Part shown: positions 61,953 to 64,000 of the stretch, in pieces
Position numbering within the stretch: the first letter of the stretch is position 1
Layout: each line of letters opens with the position of its first letter
Origin: Candidatus Eiseniibacteriota bacterium
GTDB lineage: Bacteria > Eisenbacteria > RBG-16-71-46 > CAIMUX01 > VGJL01
Length of the DNA stretch: 64,000 bases
Direction of reading: 5' to 3'
Assembly (NCBI GenBank): GCA_963792585.1
Contig: CAWBWI010000006.1
Location: 256,001-320,000, forward strand
Notes under the pieces: generated by a model
Databases searched by the model: none
What the model was told of the DNA's origin: nothing
What the model saw: only the letters and a program-made list of their open reading frames with translations
Made by a program: the position numbers and the translations under genes

Positions 61953-62981
61953 CTAGATTTCCCACTCGATTCGATATCCCGGCCCGCGTGCGTTGGCCGC
62001 CCCGAGCGCGCGCCGCTCCACCGCAGATAGACCCCACTCCCGCGGCCGTTGACGCCACCGATCCAGCCGATCGGCAAGGTCGCTTCGCCGATACTCGATT
62101 CCCGACCGACTCCACGATTCCTGGAGCTCGGGAGAGATCGAACGCGCGATGCGGCCGGCCGTGCAGACCACGGCGCGCGGATCGAGATCCGCCGCGACCC
62201 AGCGCAGACCGAGCCGGTGCGCGACGGCGGCCAGCGTTCCACTTCCGCACGTGAAGTCCCCGACCGACTCCCCCGCTTCGGTGAAGGCGAGAAGCAACCG
62301 CTCGATGAGCGCTTCGGGCTTCTGGGTGGGATAGCCGAGACGCTCGCGCGCGTCGGGCGCGATATGGCCGATCTCCCACACATCGTCCATCGACGCGTGA
62401 CGGAACCATCCCCCCTCATCGCGAAACTCCTCCACACCGGCGCGCCTCGCCCGGTGGGCGAGGTAGCGCTTCTCCGTCTGCCGATGAAATGTGTGCCCCT
62501 TGCCGTTTCGATATACGAGAAGCGTGTCGTGCTTCGCCGCGAAGCGGTCGCGCGCAATGCCGCCGCTCCGGTAGTGCCAAACGATCTCGTTCAGGAAGTT
62601 CGCGCCGCCGAGGCGCCGGTCGAGCGCGACGCGGACGAAGGCCGCGAGACGCGGATCGAGGTGGACGGTCAGGATTCCTCCCGGCCGGAGGGCGCCCAGC
62701 ATCGCATCGATGCGCGGCCCCCACTCCTCCCACCAGCGGTCGGCCCCGCCGCGGTCCGTGTACGGCTTCTCACGCCCGGCGAGTCCGGCGCGGTACGGCT
62801 GGGATCTGCCCGTCCCGAAGGGAGGGTCGAGGTAGATCAGGGCGAGCGATCCGTCACGGATCACCGGCGCCGTGACCGAGCAGTCGCCGAGGAGGAGGAG
62901 GTTCCGGCCGTCAGGGGAGAGGCCGGTCGAGTTCCCTCGAGGACCTAGCGCCATGCACCGACTTTCACGATCTTTCTCCAT
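61953..62981 (-). CDS. N4/N6 DNA methyltransferase (beta class)
   Basis: IYLDPPF, NEIVWHY, YPTQKPEAL, DFTCGSGT. Start may be 62954. Confidence 0.9.
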   Translation of the reverse strand: MEKDRESRCMALGPRGNSTGLSPDGRNLLLLGDCSVTAPVIRDGSLALIYLDPPFGTGRSQPYRAGLAGREKPYTDRGGADRWWEEWGPRIDAMLGALRPGGILTVHLDPRLAAFVRVALDRRLGGANFLNEIVWHYRSGGIARDRFAAKHDTLLVYRNGKGHTFHRQTEKRYLAHRARRAGVEEFRDEGGWFRHASMDDVWEIGHIAPDARERLGYPTQKPEALIERLLLAFTEAGESVGDFTCGSGTLAAVAHRLGLRWVAADLDPRAVVCTAGRIARSISPELQESWSRSGIEYRRSDLADRLDRWRQRPREWGLSAVERRALGAANARGPGYRIEWEI

Positions 62982-63138
62982 CCGCGACTCCTAGCCGATC
63001 GGCAACGATCGGCACCCCTCAGCCCAAGCCTCGATTCGTTGACCCTGACGGATGGACTCGATACGATGAAGCGCAAATTCCGCCCCTGCCGCGGATACCG
63101 GGGCCCCCGGCAGCGGGTACGGAGCGGATGGAGGCGGA

Positions 63139-64000
63139 ATGATCGAACGGCATCGCTCTCCGTGCCGTGCGGCCCACCGTGCGGTTCGTCTCTTCTTCAT
63201 CACGTTCCTCTCTCTATCCCCGGCGCCCCTCCTCGCGCAAACGGACACGCCGGTCCCCCAGCCAACCCAAACTTCGCTCCCGGTCACGCAGGTACCCCCA
63301 CCAACCCAGCCTTTGCTTCCGGCCCCGCCTACCGGCATCACGGGCCACGACACGCCCAACGACCCCGGCGAGAGTATTGACATCGCATGGAACCCTAGCC
63401 CCGACGAGGCAAGCGGCCGCGCGAAGGTCCTGGGCTACATCATCGAACGCTCGACCGACCCGGCCGGACCGTTCGAGAAGGTCGGGCAAACCGTGGCGGG
63501 AACGACCGAGCTCACGGACAACTCGACCCAGGACGCCACCGGGTACTACTACCGCGTCCGCACCCTCGGCATCGGGGAGGCGGATTGGCCTGCGAGCGAG
63601 GCGGCAGGACCCTTCCAATCGAAGGGGCAGTGGTTTGACGTCCGCAAGTCCTCCACCCTGCTGCTCACATTCCTCTTCTGCTTGATGGTGGTCATCCTGA
63701 TCCACCGGGCGCGCCGCGGAGCGGTCTTCTACATCCGACCGATTCCGGGGCTCTCGGCGGTCGACGAGGCGATCGGCCGGGCGACGGAGATGGGCCGGCC
63801 GATCCTCTTCGTGTCCGGCTTGGGCACCGCCGCCGACGTGGCGACGCTCGCCGCCTTCACCCTCCTGGGCCGCGTGGCCAAGAAGACCGCGGAGTACCAG
63901 ACGCAGGTCATCGTCCCCTGCTACGACCCGATCGTGATGACGATCTCCCAGGAGATCGTCGAAGTCGTCCTACCTCGACGCGGGGCGCCCCGAGCTGTAC
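63139..64000 (+). CDS. FN3 domain + DUF6754-like membrane protein (3' partial, absent from ORF track)
   Basis: Manual translation: signal peptide, DTPNDPG...W...GY...YYYRV (FN3), TM helix, IRPIPGLSAVDEAIGRATEMGRPIL. Confidence 0.75.
   Translation, partial: MIERHRSPCRAAHRAVRLFFITFLSLSPAPLLAQTDTPVPQPTQTSLPVTQVPPPTQPLLPAPPTGITGHDTPNDPGESIDIAWNPSPDEASGRAKVLGYIIERSTDPAGPFEKVGQTVAGTTELTDNSTQDATGYYYRVRTLGIGEADWPASEAAGPFQSKGQWFDVRKSSTLLLTFLFCLMVVILIHRARRGAVFYIRPIPGLSAVDEAIGRATEMGRPILFVSGLGTAADVATLAAFTLLGRVAKKTAEYQTQVIVPCYDPIVMTISQEIVEVVLPRRGAPRAV

Overview
High-GC bacterial chromosomal window of about 58 genes. I found no rRNA, tRNA, CRISPR array or mobile element. FlgD-Ig tails, a C-terminal SWGxIK motif, a TonB/TBDR/DUF4249 cluster and DUF6754 suggest an FCB-affiliated candidate lineage such as Ca. 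Eisenbacteria (inference). Contents: two ECF sigma/anti-sigma modules, a TonB-TBDR-lipoprotein cluster, secreted peptidases and hydrolases, stand-alone pnp/infA/S1-protein copies, ABC exporters, an ABC-permease-M1 peptidase fusion, a transglutaminase pair, tandem YfiR-like genes, moeB, DUF47/Pit, a full rrf2-sufCBD-Rieske-sufSUT operon, a glycan-related pair and an orphan DNA methyltransferase. The strongest hidden signal is a peroxiredoxin-like selenoprotein (14361-14900, RHFG-U-IFC, with a SECIS-like hairpin) that the ORF track truncates. It lies in an ECF/zinc anti-sigma operon driven by back-to-back GTAAC-N16-CGTCC promoters. Other notable items are an anti-sigma-like YfbK protein lacking its VWA core, a multi-domain protease-inhibitor lipoprotein, an attenuator-like pnp leader, and sigma54- and sigma28-like promoters. 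Frameshifts at about 30.6-32 kb, 36.3 kb and 53.7-61.6 kb look like long-read indel errors. Family assignments are by eye, with no database searches run.
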